Below the pieces are notes generated by a model. It had not been told where the DNA came from, searched no databases, and saw only the letters and a list, made by a program, of their open reading frames with translations. A DNA stretch of 64,000 nt from positions 14,477 through 78,476 of the IMG/VR virus record IMGVR_UViG_3300034096_001618, one strand, 5' to 3'. The position numbers were made by a program, and so were the translations under genes. Below, one piece after another: positions 27,529 through 38,180 of the stretch (within the stretch, counting starts at the first letter, position 1; the number at the start of each line of letters is the position of its first letter). Source of the DNA: a virus.

Positions 27529-30432
27529 ATGGTTGTTCTAAGTTTTAAGAATTTTTTTGAATATTCAAATAAAAAAAATCACGAATTAAATGTCGTAAGA
27601 TTCATGGAATCAATCTTAGGTTCAGATTCAAAAGAATTTAAAAAGATATTAAGCAAGGAAGCATTTGAAGACTTAAGAAGAAAATTTGGACCAAATTTTT
27701 TAACTCATATTAGAAAAATGCAAAAAGAATTCGGCGACAAAGACTGGCGAGATACAATTAAAAGGCTATATTTCGACAATAAAGACTGGCGAGATACAAT
27801 TAAAAAGCTATATTCTCCAAAAAAAGTTGGCATAAGAACTCCATATTTAACACCATCAGAAAAAGATAGTTCTATGAAATCACAATGGCAATATGGCCAT
27901 GATGATGATGATACACTTATGCCAAAATATGTTGGCCCATTCAGTGCAGATAAGGGCAAAGATAGTGCAGATGAAGACGAAATTGAAAATGAAATTGAAG
28001 ATGAAATTGAAGATGAAATTGAAGATGAAATTGAAGATGAAGATGAAACACCATCATCTCAATCTAAAGAGGAATCTCCAGAAGACACTCGTGGTTTTGC
28101 TGGACAAATAGGTGGAATGAATTCTGTTGACAGAGCAACTATTGCTAGAATGAAAAAATATTTTAATGATGACTTTGGAATTACCAGTGATCATATTGAT
28201 ATAGTTGACGAAATTATTACAACCATCAAAAGCGTTAGAAAAAACAATGGCCTTCAGCAAAAAATTCCTTTAGATGAGCTTTTTGTTGACACTTTATATA
28301 AAATGCATGTTGTTGGTAATGGAGCTTTCAATAAAGAAAGTGATTATTACAAAAGAATCATTAGCCTACGAGGAACTGATGGTAAAATTTCTTCTGATAA
28401 CATGAAAGAAGTAAAATATATTGTCAAATCATCCGCTGAAAGTGCTGCTATAGATTCAATAAGAGATAACAAAAGAGCCACTGGAAAAGCAGTTTCTGGC
28501 GACCAAAAAAAAGGCGAAGACGAAGGAGAGCTAAGCATATTTGACTTAGAAGGCAAGAAAAGAGATTACAGCAAGGCTAGAAAATCAGATCTTGTCGGAG
28601 CAAAAGACCGACTTGGACCAGTAGAGCCTAATATAGATTTGTATAGCCTTGTATCACAATACTTAAGAACTAAAAATGATAATGATCTCAAAAATGCTAG
28701 AATCCATTTAAGACAAGAAATACAAAACGCAAGAAGAAATGGTAAAAGATTAGCAAATGAAGAAAGTTGGGTAGAAATTATTAATCAATTAATTTCTATG
28801 AAATTTTCTTTACTTGTAAAAAAATATATAGAAAAAAGTCCCAAACAATATAAAGATTTTTTAAATCTTGAATCAGAATTTAAAAAAGAACATGAAGAAA
28901 TTTATATCGGGGGGCCAGCAGCTGCACCAGAAAAAATTGGCAAGATACTTTCCAAAATAGATAAAGGTGCCATTTTAAAGCCAAAAGAAGAACATGGATA
29001 TCTACGAAACAAAAAACAATGGGAAAGTATTATAAATACATTACCAATGAAAGACGAGGAAGACAAAGAAAAAGTCAAAGAAATTCTTGATAAATTGTCT
29101 CCTCAAAGCGAACAAGATATTGAAAAATCTTTAAAAGATATTTCTCTGTTAAGACCAATTTCGTATATGAGCAATAAAGAATCAAAAATTACAAAAGAAT
29201 TTATTGATAAAGTTGTTAATGAGTTAGAAATAGAAGCTGAAGCTACAACAAAGAAGGTTCCAAAAACAGCACTTTTAAGAGCAGCAGAAATAGCTAGTTT
29301 GGTATTAGACACAAACACTAAATATAATGCGGAAAAAATTGTTCAACATTTCAAAAAACAAGGCGAAGGAAAATACGCCAGTAGAGAACCTGTGGACATA
29401 ACTCCTCTTACTGCCAATAATTACATAAAAAAGATTTATGATATAGTTGAAGAAACGCCATTTGAAATTCGTTCTGGATTTCCACCACCAAATTATGCGG
29501 GACGTGAAGGACAAGGTCGTAGAACTAAAAAGACTGATCCTGTATACCCCAACGCTCCATTTGAGTTGTCACTTAAAAATTATATCAAAAAACGAAAAGA
29601 TATGGCGCAATCAGACAGTGAATATGTAAAAAATGAAATAAAAAATACTATTGATAAAATCAAAAAACTTGAAGCAGAAGACGAAGCTTTAGTTAAAGCA
29701 AATGGAAAAAGAAAGTATGTTGTTTCAGATGGTAAAAATAGTACAGAAGTGACAATATCAGATGCAGAGGGATATCTTGGCGATCTAAGTCAATATACTT
29801 TACTGGAGCCTCTTAGAAGTCTAAAACTAAGACTTTTCAATCTACAAAGGCATCCTTCAGTTTCTATAGACGATGATGATTTTTTCAATTCTCGTCATGC
29901 AGCGGCAATTGCTCCAGAAACTTCACCTGAAGAACTAAAAAAAATCTATCCAGTTCGTGAGCCACAAACTAGAACTAACATTCCTTTAGGTGATATTAAA
30001 CAAAGAAATGAACCTATAAAAGCGCCAACAGATTATTCATCAATTCACCCAATTTATAGACAAAGACCTGATCAGGCCTCTTTACGAAAGGCCGCAATGA
30101 ATAAATATCTTTCTGGAGACGTGGACATTGATAAATATCTTTCTGGAGATGTGGGTACTCCTCCTCCTTCTTCAGGTCGAAGAAAACTTTTCCCTCAATT
30201 AACTTTCCCGAGCAAAGATGATTTAGAAAACTTTAAAAAGAATAGAAATGTTCCACCAAAATCAGACAATTTTGACATAGGTGATGATGCTCATGTGGCA
30301 CGAACATTACGGGATCTTCCTATATTTCCGACCTCGAAGACTAAATCACCTCCTATACCAGAACAATTTACAAGTCAAAGATTGCGAGGTTGGATTAGTT
30401 TGTCTGAGCATTTAAGCAGGATATATCGTTAA
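27529..30432 (+). CDS. Large hypothetical protein, putative internal head protein
   Basis: 967 aa; LSFKNFFE N-terminus; KDWRDTIK x2, EDEI repeats, KYLSGDV x2. Confidence 0.75.
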   Translation: MVVLSFKNFFEYSNKKNHELNVVRFMESILGSDSKEFKKILSKEAFEDLRRKFGPNFLTHIRKMQKEFGDKDWRDTIKRLYFDNKDWRDTIKKLYSPKKVGIRTPYLTPSEKDSSMKSQWQYGHDDDDTLMPKYVGPFSADKGKDSADEDEIENEIEDEIEDEIEDEIEDEDETPSSQSKEESPEDTRGFAGQIGGMNSVDRATIARMKKYFNDDFGITSDHIDIVDEIITTIKSVRKNNGLQQKIPLDELFVDTLYKMHVVGNGAFNKESDYYKRIISLRGTDGKISSDNMKEVKYIVKSSAESAAIDSIRDNKRATGKAVSGDQKKGEDEGELSIFDLEGKKRDYSKARKSDLVGAKDRLGPVEPNIDLYSLVSQYLRTKNDNDLKNARIHLRQEIQNARRNGKRLANEESWVEIINQLISMKFSLLVKKYIEKSPKQYKDFLNLESEFKKEHEEIYIGGPAAAPEKIGKILSKIDKGAILKPKEEHGYLRNKKQWESIINTLPMKDEEDKEKVKEILDKLSPQSEQDIEKSLKDISLLRPISYMSNKESKITKEFIDKVVNELEIEAEATTKKVPKTALLRAAEIASLVLDTNTKYNAEKIVQHFKKQGEGKYASREPVDITPLTANNYIKKIYDIVEETPFEIRSGFPPPNYAGREGQGRRTKKTDPVYPNAPFELSLKNYIKKRKDMAQSDSEYVKNEIKNTIDKIKKLEAEDEALVKANGKRKYVVSDGKNSTEVTISDAEGYLGDLSQYTLLEPLRSLKLRLFNLQRHPSVSIDDDDFFNSRHAAAIAPETSPEELKKIYPVREPQTRTNIPLGDIKQRNEPIKAPTDYSSIHPIYRQRPDQASLRKAAMNKYLSGDVDIDKYLSGDVGTPPPSSGRRKLFPQLTFPSKDDLENFKKNRNVPPKSDNFDIGDDAHVARTLRDLPIFPTSKTKSPPIPEQFTSQRLRGWISLSEHLSRIYR

Positions 30433-30455
30433 TTTATTGTAGGAAGGGAGGGATC

Positions 30456-30998
30456 TTGGCTTTATCTAATTTGGATGGAACTCCATATCAATTAAGAGGT
30501 AGTACTCAAATGTTCGATCCATTGGATCGAACACACGACCTTTTTAATTTGTGGGATCAGGAAGCGATCAAGAGAGGTGGATCTCCGATTTATTATTATG
30601 AAGTAATTATTACTAAAGATATGATTGACCCAATTTATTTGGAAGCGAGAAATAAATTATTTTCAAATAATCCTGTTGAGTTGTGGTGTACTTATGAGCC
30701 TATACCTTCACAGAACTTATTGAATCAGTTTGGAATTGATGCTCCAGATGAAATGAAGTTTGAACTTAATTATCGTGCTGTTTTGCAAAATGTAGGACAT
30801 CCTCCTAAAATTGGTTCGAGATTGTTTACTCCACATCTTAGAGAAAACTGGGTTGTTATTCAAAGAAACTTAGGTGAATTCAAGATGTGGGGAGCTTTGA
30901 GATTGGAATTAATTTGTCAGAGATTCCAAGAAGATGTTGTTACTGGAGAAGGTAAGGTTACAGAAAAACAACCTGATATTAAAATTAAAATTGTTTAA
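30456..30998 (+). CDS. Neck/head-closure protein, T4 gp14-like
   Basis: EAI...G..IYY, DPIYLE, QFGID..DE. Confidence 0.75.
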   Translation: MALSNLDGTPYQLRGSTQMFDPLDRTHDLFNLWDQEAIKRGGSPIYYYEVIITKDMIDPIYLEARNKLFSNNPVELWCTYEPIPSQNLLNQFGIDAPDEMKFELNYRAVLQNVGHPPKIGSRLFTPHLRENWVVIQRNLGEFKMWGALRLELICQRFQEDVVTGEGKVTEKQPDIKIKIV

Positions 30999-31007
30999 GG
31001 AAATATT

Positions 31008-31652
31008 ATGAAGTCTTTCTATGAGTTTTATCTTCATATTCAAAGAGAAGCAGCGACAACAACAACCAGTTATTCTTCCTCTATCGTCACAGGAAATCCA
31101 ACAAATAATCCAGATATGCAAAGAAAACTTGATATTATGAAAAGAATGGAAGACCCGAATTGGGACCCTAATAAGGAAGCACAAAGAAAAGCACCAGCAG
31201 CACAAGCACAAAGACAAGCACCAACAACACCAACAGCGCCAGCAAAAACAGCACCAACGGGAATGGATGTTCAAAAAACATTATCTGCAAAAACAGATCA
31301 AGAATTTTGGAATGCATTGGGACCAAAAATGCAAAAATCGATAGTTGATTATACTAAGTCTGGTAGATCACAAGAAATAGAAAAAAAATGGACTGATAAT
31401 TATAAAAATTATCCCAATGCAGTCGTAGTATTAAAGCGAATGTTTGCATCAGTAGCAAGAAAATATGCCCCAAACAATGCAACGAATGCAAATAATGCTT
31501 CCTCGCAACAAAAAGCACAACAACAAGCAGCGCCACAACAACAAGCAGCGCCACAACAACAAGCAGTGCCACAACAAGCAACACCGACCAATCAAAGAAA
31601 TTCATTCTTAAATCGAGCAGCGAATATGATTGGATTAGGCAGAAAAAAATAA
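31008..31652 (+). CDS. Low-complexity putative internal head protein
   Basis: MKSFYEFYLHIQREAAT; QQQAAP repeats. Confidence 0.8.
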   Translation: MKSFYEFYLHIQREAATTTTSYSSSIVTGNPTNNPDMQRKLDIMKRMEDPNWDPNKEAQRKAPAAQAQRQAPTTPTAPAKTAPTGMDVQKTLSAKTDQEFWNALGPKMQKSIVDYTKSGRSQEIEKKWTDNYKNYPNAVVVLKRMFASVARKYAPNNATNANNASSQQKAQQQAAPQQQAAPQQQAVPQQATPTNQRNSFLNRAANMIGLGRKK

Positions 31653-31738
31653 AAATTACATCAATAAATCATAATTATTAGATATGGTCAATAAGTATAT
31701 GGTCAAAAACATTGGAATTGAATTTAAAGAGGTGATAT

Positions 31739-32074
31739 ATGAAATCTTTCTATGAGTTTTATCTTCAGATTCAAAGAGAAGCGGCAACGGCCCCTGCTGC
31801 CCCTGCTGCTGCTGGTGCTGCTCCTGCGGCTGCTCCTGCTGCTGGTGCCGCTCCTGCTGCTGGTGCTGCCCCTGCTGCTGGTGCGGCTCCTGCGGCTCCT
31901 GCTGCTGCTGGCACAGCGAAGCCTGTTCCTCCACAAGACCCGGGAGTTGCTGCTTTCATAACTGCTGTTGGCAAAAACACAAAGGTTTATCAGGATGCAT
32001 TGTCCCAAATTAAAGATCCTAAGTTGAAGCCAGCGGCAGATGCGATATCTGCTCTTCTTAATCCTCCAAAATAA
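31739..32074 (+). CDS. Ala/Pro/Gly-rich putative internal head protein
   Basis: MKSFYEFYLQIQREAAT; AAGAAP repeats. Confidence 0.8.
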   Translation: MKSFYEFYLQIQREAATAPAAPAAAGAAPAAAPAAGAAPAAGAAPAAGAAPAAPAAAGTAKPVPPQDPGVAAFITAVGKNTKVYQDALSQIKDPKLKPAADAISALLNPPK

Positions 32075-32144
32075 AATTTTGTCTTTTGAATAAATTTGGC
32101 TTATGAATTTTTGAGAAGTAGCAAAGAGGAAATTTAGGCTTTTG

Positions 32145-32201
32145 AAAAGAAGTCACAGGTTCACCTGCGATATAGGGGATGAATCTTTGGCTTCTTTTTT
32201 T
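32145..32201. terminator. Long imperfect hairpin/terminator between convergent genes
   Basis: AAAAGAAGTCA...TGGCTTCTTTT with inner TTCA-CCT/AGG-TGAA. Confidence 0.6.
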
Positions 32202-32205
32202 AATT

Positions 32206-33045
32206 TTATATGATTTCATTTTTTGCCTTTTTGGGGAAAAATATTTTTTTCTTGGTTATTTTTTTACATTTTTCATAAACTTTTTGATTTGTTTTTTCTA
32301 AAAATTGTTTGACCCCATCGTTTCCTTTTCTGGTATAAATTTTATTAAGCACTTTATATTTATCATCAAAGTTATTTCCTTTGTGGTCATGCCAATTGTT
32401 TTCAACAAATTCTTTACAATTTTTGTTGATTGATTCTTCTGCATTAACTCGTGCAAAAATTTCAGAAGATGTCATTGGATTTATCTCATAAAAAACTTTT
32501 CTAGGCAAGATTAATATTTGTGCATATGGTTCATCTTTTCTAAAGATATAAGTTTGTTCTGGCATTGGGTTTTTAAAAACAACAAAAAATATTTTTGGCC
32601 ACATGCTGGTATTTATATGGCCGGGTATTACCAATGGCACAGTATAGGTGTGATCAGTGTAGTATTTTGGATGTGGTTCGATGCGAAGAATATAATTGTC
32701 TGGAACTTGAATATCGAGACATGAAGTCATTCCGAAGTGTCCCGGTGCAAAACTTGAAAAAGGTGGAAGAAGCACACTGGGAAAAGATTTATTTTCAATG
32801 GTAAAATCACCTAAAAAATTTACTTGATTGTTAATCATTTTCACATGGCACTCTGTATTAAAAGAATACAGAAGCTCTAATCCATATGTAGATCCTTCAA
32901 CGAAAGGGACGCAATGCCAAGGTTGTGGAATATCGCCTTCTTTATGTTCATTTGGTTCGCCAGACCATCCCGGTATTTGCAAACGAATAGGTTTGGGAGG
33001 CTGTCCTTGATACCAAGACCTGTATTTTACCAATATTTTTTCCAC
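32206..33045 (-). CDS. DUF6065-like / dUTPase-fold hypothetical protein
   Basis: HCVPF..G..YG, PG.I.T..WP, F.K.EPYAQI. Confidence 0.55.
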   Translation of the reverse strand: MEKILVKYRSWYQGQPPKPIRLQIPGWSGEPNEHKEGDIPQPWHCVPFVEGSTYGLELLYSFNTECHVKMINNQVNFLGDFTIENKSFPSVLLPPFSSFAPGHFGMTSCLDIQVPDNYILRIEPHPKYYTDHTYTVPLVIPGHINTSMWPKIFFVVFKNPMPEQTYIFRKDEPYAQILILPRKVFYEINPMTSSEIFARVNAEESINKNCKEFVENNWHDHKGNNFDDKYKVLNKIYTRKGNDGVKQFLEKTNQKVYEKCKKITKKKIFFPKKAKNEII

Positions 33046-33084
33046 AATTTCACCTCGAATGAATAATTAGAACAGGAGTTAAAA

Positions 33085-34071
33085 ATGAATCCAGACGCAG
33101 GAAATCATCAACAAAGACCACTAGATCAATGCAATGACGTTGGTGGTTTGCCTGATCCAAACCTTGATCAATCGCCTCCATATTGCGAACCAGATTATAG
33201 CAGCAATTTGAGAAAAATCAATGATGACAGCATGAATTGGCTGAAAGACCAATCCATGAAAAAAACAGGTTTTGGTGCAAAATCTGATGGCGATCCTATG
33301 CAGCGTGGTAAAATTCTGAATGATCCTGACAATCCCGACAAAACAATTTTGTATCGATATTCAAAATCTTTGCGTGGCAACGATGAAGCCATGCTTGATA
33401 TGTTTAGAAACGTGGTTGTAATTGATGAAGATGGTAAAGCTTGGCCGATTCCAATTATGCTTGGCCCTCCAGAAAAAGCTGTTGCTGCCATGATTCAAGA
33501 AAATGTTCGCAAAGATGAAACATTGGTTGTTAATAGATTACGCCTTCCAATGATGGCGCTTACACAATCAGGCATTGAGTATGATTTAAATCGTTACACA
33601 TATCACAAGGCATTGAATTTATTTAGAAACGAGCTAGGAAAACCCAGCATAACAATTAGCGAAAAGTATAACAAAGACACAATTCTTGGTTTTGCTAGAG
33701 GCATACCAGTGAACATGACTTATACATTGACTGCTTGGACAATGTACAGAGAAGATATGAATCAAATAATAGAGCAAATAATGACAAAATTTAGTCAAGT
33801 TGCATACATAACAGTGACTGGTGTACAGTGGGAAGTAATTGTTAAGTTGGACTCAATTGCAAATAATTTAAATAATGAGCCGGGAGATCAGCAAATTAGA
33901 GTAATTAAATACGAATTTAATATGACGGCGCAAACATATATACCGCAGCCAATTGAAAGAAAGAAGGCCGTCCTCAAAATGAAGATTGACTTTGTTGATG
34001 GTCTAAAAGAAGAAGAAATAACAGAAGTTTTGATGAGAATTGAACAGTCAGTAAAGGAACTAGAATGCTAG
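33085..34071 (+). CDS. Tail completion/sheath stabilizer, T4 gp15-like
   Basis: PI..GPPEK, LP.MAL, PVN.TY.L..W, DMNQI.EQI..KF. Confidence 0.85.
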   Translation: MNPDAGNHQQRPLDQCNDVGGLPDPNLDQSPPYCEPDYSSNLRKINDDSMNWLKDQSMKKTGFGAKSDGDPMQRGKILNDPDNPDKTILYRYSKSLRGNDEAMLDMFRNVVVIDEDGKAWPIPIMLGPPEKAVAAMIQENVRKDETLVVNRLRLPMMALTQSGIEYDLNRYTYHKALNLFRNELGKPSITISEKYNKDTILGFARGIPVNMTYTLTAWTMYREDMNQIIEQIMTKFSQVAYITVTGVQWEVIVKLDSIANNLNNEPGDQQIRVIKYEFNMTAQTYIPQPIERKKAVLKMKIDFVDGLKEEEITEVLMRIEQSVKELEC

Positions 34072-34286
34072 AAATAACGAATAGAAAAAGACACCCAGTG
34101 CAATTGATCATTAGGTCTAGGAGAGCCACTAAGTCTTTCACAACTTTGAATCTACCGGGAGTTGGTAAAGGAAAAAATATTTTAGTTTTGGAAGATGAAA
34201 GATCAACACCATATATAGATAGAGCAGAAAAAGATGGATTAATTTCCATAAGGCAAATAACAAACAAGTTACGAAAGGGAGAATAA
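34065..34286 (+). CDS. Small hypothetical protein upstream of the sheath gene
   Basis: AAGGA SD; coupled within the tail operon. Confidence 0.7.
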   Translation: MLEITNRKRHPVQLIIRSRRATKSFTTLNLPGVGKGKNILVLEDERSTPYIDRAEKDGLISIRQITNKLRKGE

Positions 34287-34290
34287 GACT

Positions 34291-36675
34291 ATGGCGATTC
34301 TTAAAGGTTTTCCACCATCTAATACAATCAGCCCAAGTGTTAGAATTGCTGAAAAAGACTTGAGCTTCATCGCACCTGAACAGTCAACGCATACAGCAGG
34401 ATTGGTTGGATTTGCCTCTAAAGGCCCAATCAATCTTCCTATTGCGATTGCTACTTCACGTCAGTTGCACACTATTTTCGGAAATCCACATCCAGATGTA
34501 GGTGATCCTTTCCTCATTTATGCAGCCGATCAGTATCTTCTTGTAGCTAACACTCTTTATGTAGTGCGTGTTGCAGATACCGATCCAGTAAGTGATGAGC
34601 AGGCATTGACCGCTAGCGTTGATGTTCCAGCAGCAGGTACAATAATTGAAATTCAGTCAGCGACTGCTGGCCCTTACACTTTTGACGAAGACTCATTCTT
34701 CCGTTGGAAGCTTAACGGCGAACTTTCAACTAAGACATTGGTTGTTCTTGCTGACACTTACACAACTGAGGAACTTGAAACGGCTTTGAATGATCAGTTG
34801 GATTTTCAGAATGATGGTATCGAATTTTATACTTACACTGATTCACCCGATGATTTCATTGGAGTTAAAACCGTTTGGGCCTATGGATCTAGTTCCAGCC
34901 TTGAACTGGTTTCAATTCAAAATGCAATTTACGGTGGCGAGGTTGACGATAGTTCCGATCTGACAGATGGTGACATTCGTAACAACCCTACTGGTCTTGG
35001 CACAGGCATGACCCGTGCTATAGTAACAGGTGTTAATGATCGTTGGCCAACCAATGGTTATCAGACTGTTGGAAACTATGATTTTGCAGGTTTAGTTGAT
35101 CAGTTTATTGAAATTGTTGTTGACGGAACTGATAATGTTTTGATTGATCAAGTTGTTCAGACCATTACATTCGTGGATGGAGCTTCATACACAAGCATCG
35201 GCGATGTTGTGACTGATATTAATGATCAGAAGACTGAAAACGGCGGAACTCTTCCCGGTGGTTGGACAGCAATTGCGCTAGGAAATCAACTTCGCTTTGT
35301 GACTAATCATCACGGTGAAGATGCTCGTCTTCGCATTAAGCCTACTAGCACCGAAGTTTTTGGCCTTACAACTCTTACCGTAACTGGCACAAGTCCTGAA
35401 GGCGTAAGTGGCGCAATTGACATTGAAACTTTTGGTTTGGTTGTTGGCGGCGCTAATACTCTTGAAGACGTATCTTTCACTATTAATGCTGATTCACCCG
35501 GTATTGATGGAAACTACACTGAAGTAAGAGTAACAAACGACATTTATACTAAGTTCTTTGATGTAGAAGTATTTACAAATGGCGTTCAGGTAGAATCTTG
35601 GGGTAATCTGACAAAAGACGCAGCAAGTCGTTTCTATGTTGAAACATATCTTGCCCTTGTTTCTGATTACATTAGAGTTACCGACAATACTTCTATTTTA
35701 GCAGGCCCTGCAAATGGGACTTATGAATTAGCAGATGGCACTGACGGTATTCCCTCAGATCCTGACCAGCAAGATGTTCTTTTGATGGGTAGCCCTCTTG
35801 GCTACACAGGCATTTATACTCTCAGTGAACCTGAACAAGTAAACATCGATCTTATCGCAGTTCCCGGGCACAGCAGTACTGCTGTTGTTCAAGAACTACT
35901 AATGTTTTGTCGTGATTATCGTCAAGACTGCCTTGCAATTATTGATGCTCCATTCGGTTTAACCGTTAAGGAAGTTGTTGCATGGCAGAACGGTACTCAT
36001 CCACTTAACAATACTAGATTTGATAGCGATTTCGGAGCATTGTACTGGCCTTGGGTTAAGCTATATGATGCTTATAACAAGGTAGACGTATGGTGTCCAC
36101 CAAGCGGATCAGTTATGGCAGTCATTGCAAGAAGCGATTTTCTTTCTGCTCCTTGGTTTGCTCCAGCAGGTCTTAATCGTGGTGTTGTTCCAAACATAAC
36201 AGATGTATACATTCGTCCAACTTTGGAAGAACGTGATACAATGTATGGCAACCGAAACTGCGTAAATCCAATTATTCAATTCGCTGATGTTCAGGGATTT
36301 GTGGTATTTGGACAAAAAACACTCCAGCGCACTCCAACCGCTCTTGACCGTGTTAATGTTCGCCGTCTGATGTTTTACATCGAGAAGGCAATTCGCTCTG
36401 CTAGCCGTGGTCTGTTGTTCGATCCTAATGATGAAACTTTCAGAAGGCAATTCATCACCTTATCAGAAAACATTCTGCGTCAAGTACAAGTTGGGCGTGG
36501 TCTTACTGCATTCATTATTAAAGCTGATGAAGAACTTAATACGCCAGATGTAATTGACCGCAATGAATTCCGTGCTAGAATTGGCGTTCAACCAACTCGT
36601 GCTGCTGAGTTCATGTTTATTGAATTCTCTATTCACCGTACTGGCAGCTTCCAGCAAGGTGCTGAAACATTCTAA
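34291..36675 (+). CDS. Contractile tail sheath protein, T4 gp18-like
   Basis: SP.V.I.EKD.S, GFASKGP, PWFAPAG.NRG, VFGQKTL, DRVNVRRL, P.RAAEF. Confidence 0.97.
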   Translation: MAILKGFPPSNTISPSVRIAEKDLSFIAPEQSTHTAGLVGFASKGPINLPIAIATSRQLHTIFGNPHPDVGDPFLIYAADQYLLVANTLYVVRVADTDPVSDEQALTASVDVPAAGTIIEIQSATAGPYTFDEDSFFRWKLNGELSTKTLVVLADTYTTEELETALNDQLDFQNDGIEFYTYTDSPDDFIGVKTVWAYGSSSSLELVSIQNAIYGGEVDDSSDLTDGDIRNNPTGLGTGMTRAIVTGVNDRWPTNGYQTVGNYDFAGLVDQFIEIVVDGTDNVLIDQVVQTITFVDGASYTSIGDVVTDINDQKTENGGTLPGGWTAIALGNQLRFVTNHHGEDARLRIKPTSTEVFGLTTLTVTGTSPEGVSGAIDIETFGLVVGGANTLEDVSFTINADSPGIDGNYTEVRVTNDIYTKFFDVEVFTNGVQVESWGNLTKDAASRFYVETYLALVSDYIRVTDNTSILAGPANGTYELADGTDGIPSDPDQQDVLLMGSPLGYTGIYTLSEPEQVNIDLIAVPGHSSTAVVQELLMFCRDYRQDCLAIIDAPFGLTVKEVVAWQNGTHPLNNTRFDSDFGALYWPWVKLYDAYNKVDVWCPPSGSVMAVIARSDFLSAPWFAPAGLNRGVVPNITDVYIRPTLEERDTMYGNRNCVNPIIQFADVQGFVVFGQKTLQRTPTALDRVNVRRLMFYIEKAIRSASRGLLFDPNDETFRRQFITLSENILRQVQVGRGLTAFIIKADEELNTPDVIDRNEFRARIGVQPTRAAEFMFIEFSIHRTGSFQQGAETF

Positions 36676-36708
36676 AAATTAAAAGGAACCATATAAAAGG
36701 AGAAAACA

Positions 36709-37302
36709 ATGGCAATAGTAGGTGGTAATATGGGCTTGAGTACTCTCGGTGGATCATCCATCGTGTTCAAGCGCAAGTATAGATGGACGTTTGATGTGAC
36801 TTGGAACAAACAGCAAATTCCAAGCGCATTTGTTAAGGTGGCAAACCGTCCAAGTTTAACAATTGAAGAAACTGAAATTAACTATCTACACGGAAAAATG
36901 TGGATTCCCGGTAAAGGTAGTTGGGAAACACTAAGTGTAACCTATTACGATATCGGTGGTGCTGGCGCTGCTGGTATGAAGGGTCTATGGGACTGGTTAG
37001 CTTCAGTTTACAACTTTACTGATCCGAACAGTCTTTCGCAGACTTCTCGTAGAGGTAATGATGGAAATGAGGCTGGTTGGGCAGCAGTTGGACTTCTTAC
37101 CATGTATGATGGTACAGGCGCAACTATGGAAACTTGGAAGCTTAAAAATCTTTGGCCAAGTGCTATCAACTTTGGCGATTTGGATTACGGCAACTCTGAA
37201 GAAGCCACTCTTGAATTAACCTTAAGGTTTAGCGAAGCTGAATACACGCCCTCTTGCGGTATCGGTGCTCCACAAGCAAGCAAACTTGGTTGCAACGCAT
37301 AA
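36709..37302 (+). CDS. Tail tube protein 1, gp19-like
   Basis: KRKYRW, RP.L, PGK..W, W.L...WP....FGDLDY, LTLRF. Confidence 0.92.
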   Translation: MAIVGGNMGLSTLGGSSIVFKRKYRWTFDVTWNKQQIPSAFVKVANRPSLTIEETEINYLHGKMWIPGKGSWETLSVTYYDIGGAGAAGMKGLWDWLASVYNFTDPNSLSQTSRRGNDGNEAGWAAVGLLTMYDGTGATMETWKLKNLWPSAINFGDLDYGNSEEATLELTLRFSEAEYTPSCGIGAPQASKLGCNA

Positions 37303-37328
37303 TATTAAAATTAAAATTTCAATTTTTG

Positions 37329-37357
37329 GCCTCGTATATAAAATACGAGGCTTTTTT
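37329..37357 (+). terminator. Intrinsic terminator between the tube paralogs
   Basis: GCCTCGTAT / ATACGAGGC plus T run. Confidence 0.85.
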
Positions 37358-37373
37358 ATTATCGAGGTTATAA

Positions 37374-37877
37374 ATGGCGCAGCAAATGGGATGGGGTGAT
37401 AGTTTTGGTTTAGTGGATGGTTGCTTCAAAAGAAAAAATCGTTGGCTTTTAACGATTCCAGATATAAGCGCAGAGGGAATTAATTCTTTGCCTCCATCGA
37501 AAGCATCCAGACCTTCGCTTTCATTCAAAGAACTAAGTTTGGAACATTTAAATGAAACAATTTATTTCCCCGGAAAACCAGAATGGAAGCCAATAACATT
37601 AACATTATATGACATGGCTAAACCAACTCACAAAATTTGGGAGTGGATTTATTCATATTATGATTTAGAAAATGATAAATTTAAATTTTCAGTTGGATTT
37701 AAAAAACCTGAAGCTCGGTTGACTTTATATGATGGTACTGGCTTAGAGCTTGAAACATGGTACATGAAGAATGTTTGGTGCCAAGACATTCAATTTGGCG
37801 ACCTAGACATGGGAGATTCTGGTATTGTAACAGTAGATTTAACTTTAAGATATGATAGAGCATATTTTTCATTTTAA
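37374..37877 (+). CDS. Tail tube protein 2 (gp19/gp54-like paralog)
   Basis: KRKNRW, RPSL, PGKPEW, FGDLD, LTLRYD. Confidence 0.88.
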   Translation: MAQQMGWGDSFGLVDGCFKRKNRWLLTIPDISAEGINSLPPSKASRPSLSFKELSLEHLNETIYFPGKPEWKPITLTLYDMAKPTHKIWEWIYSYYDLENDKFKFSVGFKKPEARLTLYDGTGLELETWYMKNVWCQDIQFGDLDMGDSGIVTVDLTLRYDRAYFSF

Positions 37878-37928
37878 GAATTTCTGCTGGCATATTAGAT
37901 GCTTGAATCAACCGTTACGGAATTAGAT

Positions 37929-38180
37929 TCACTCTGAATCTTCGACCTTTAATTCCTTTTTTAAAAGTTCTTGACAAGCTATAATTGCATCTTCAAGTTC
38001 TTTTGGCTTGCACTTCATTACACGGCAAGCGCCGCTTTTATTTAAGCGGCCTTTTTTTGTATAAACTTTTGTATCATTTAACAAAAAAGCATCAACCAGT
38101 CTAGAGTATCCGCTGTCAATCAATTTTTGAATTAATTCTTGGTTTTCAATATTATCAAAAAGATTTGTTTGTTTTGTCAT
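37929..38180 (-). CDS. Small HTH-like protein downstream of the sigma factor
   Basis: LNKSGACRVMKCKPKELEDAI. Confidence 0.6.
   Translation of the reverse strand: MTKQTNLFDNIENQELIQKLIDSGYSRLVDAFLLNDTKVYTKKGRLNKSGACRVMKCKPKELEDAIIACQELLKKELKVEDSE

Noticed and set aside
31354-32008. Multiple short antisense or alternate-frame ORFs
   Set aside because: Artefacts of GC-rich Ala/Pro/Gln repeats
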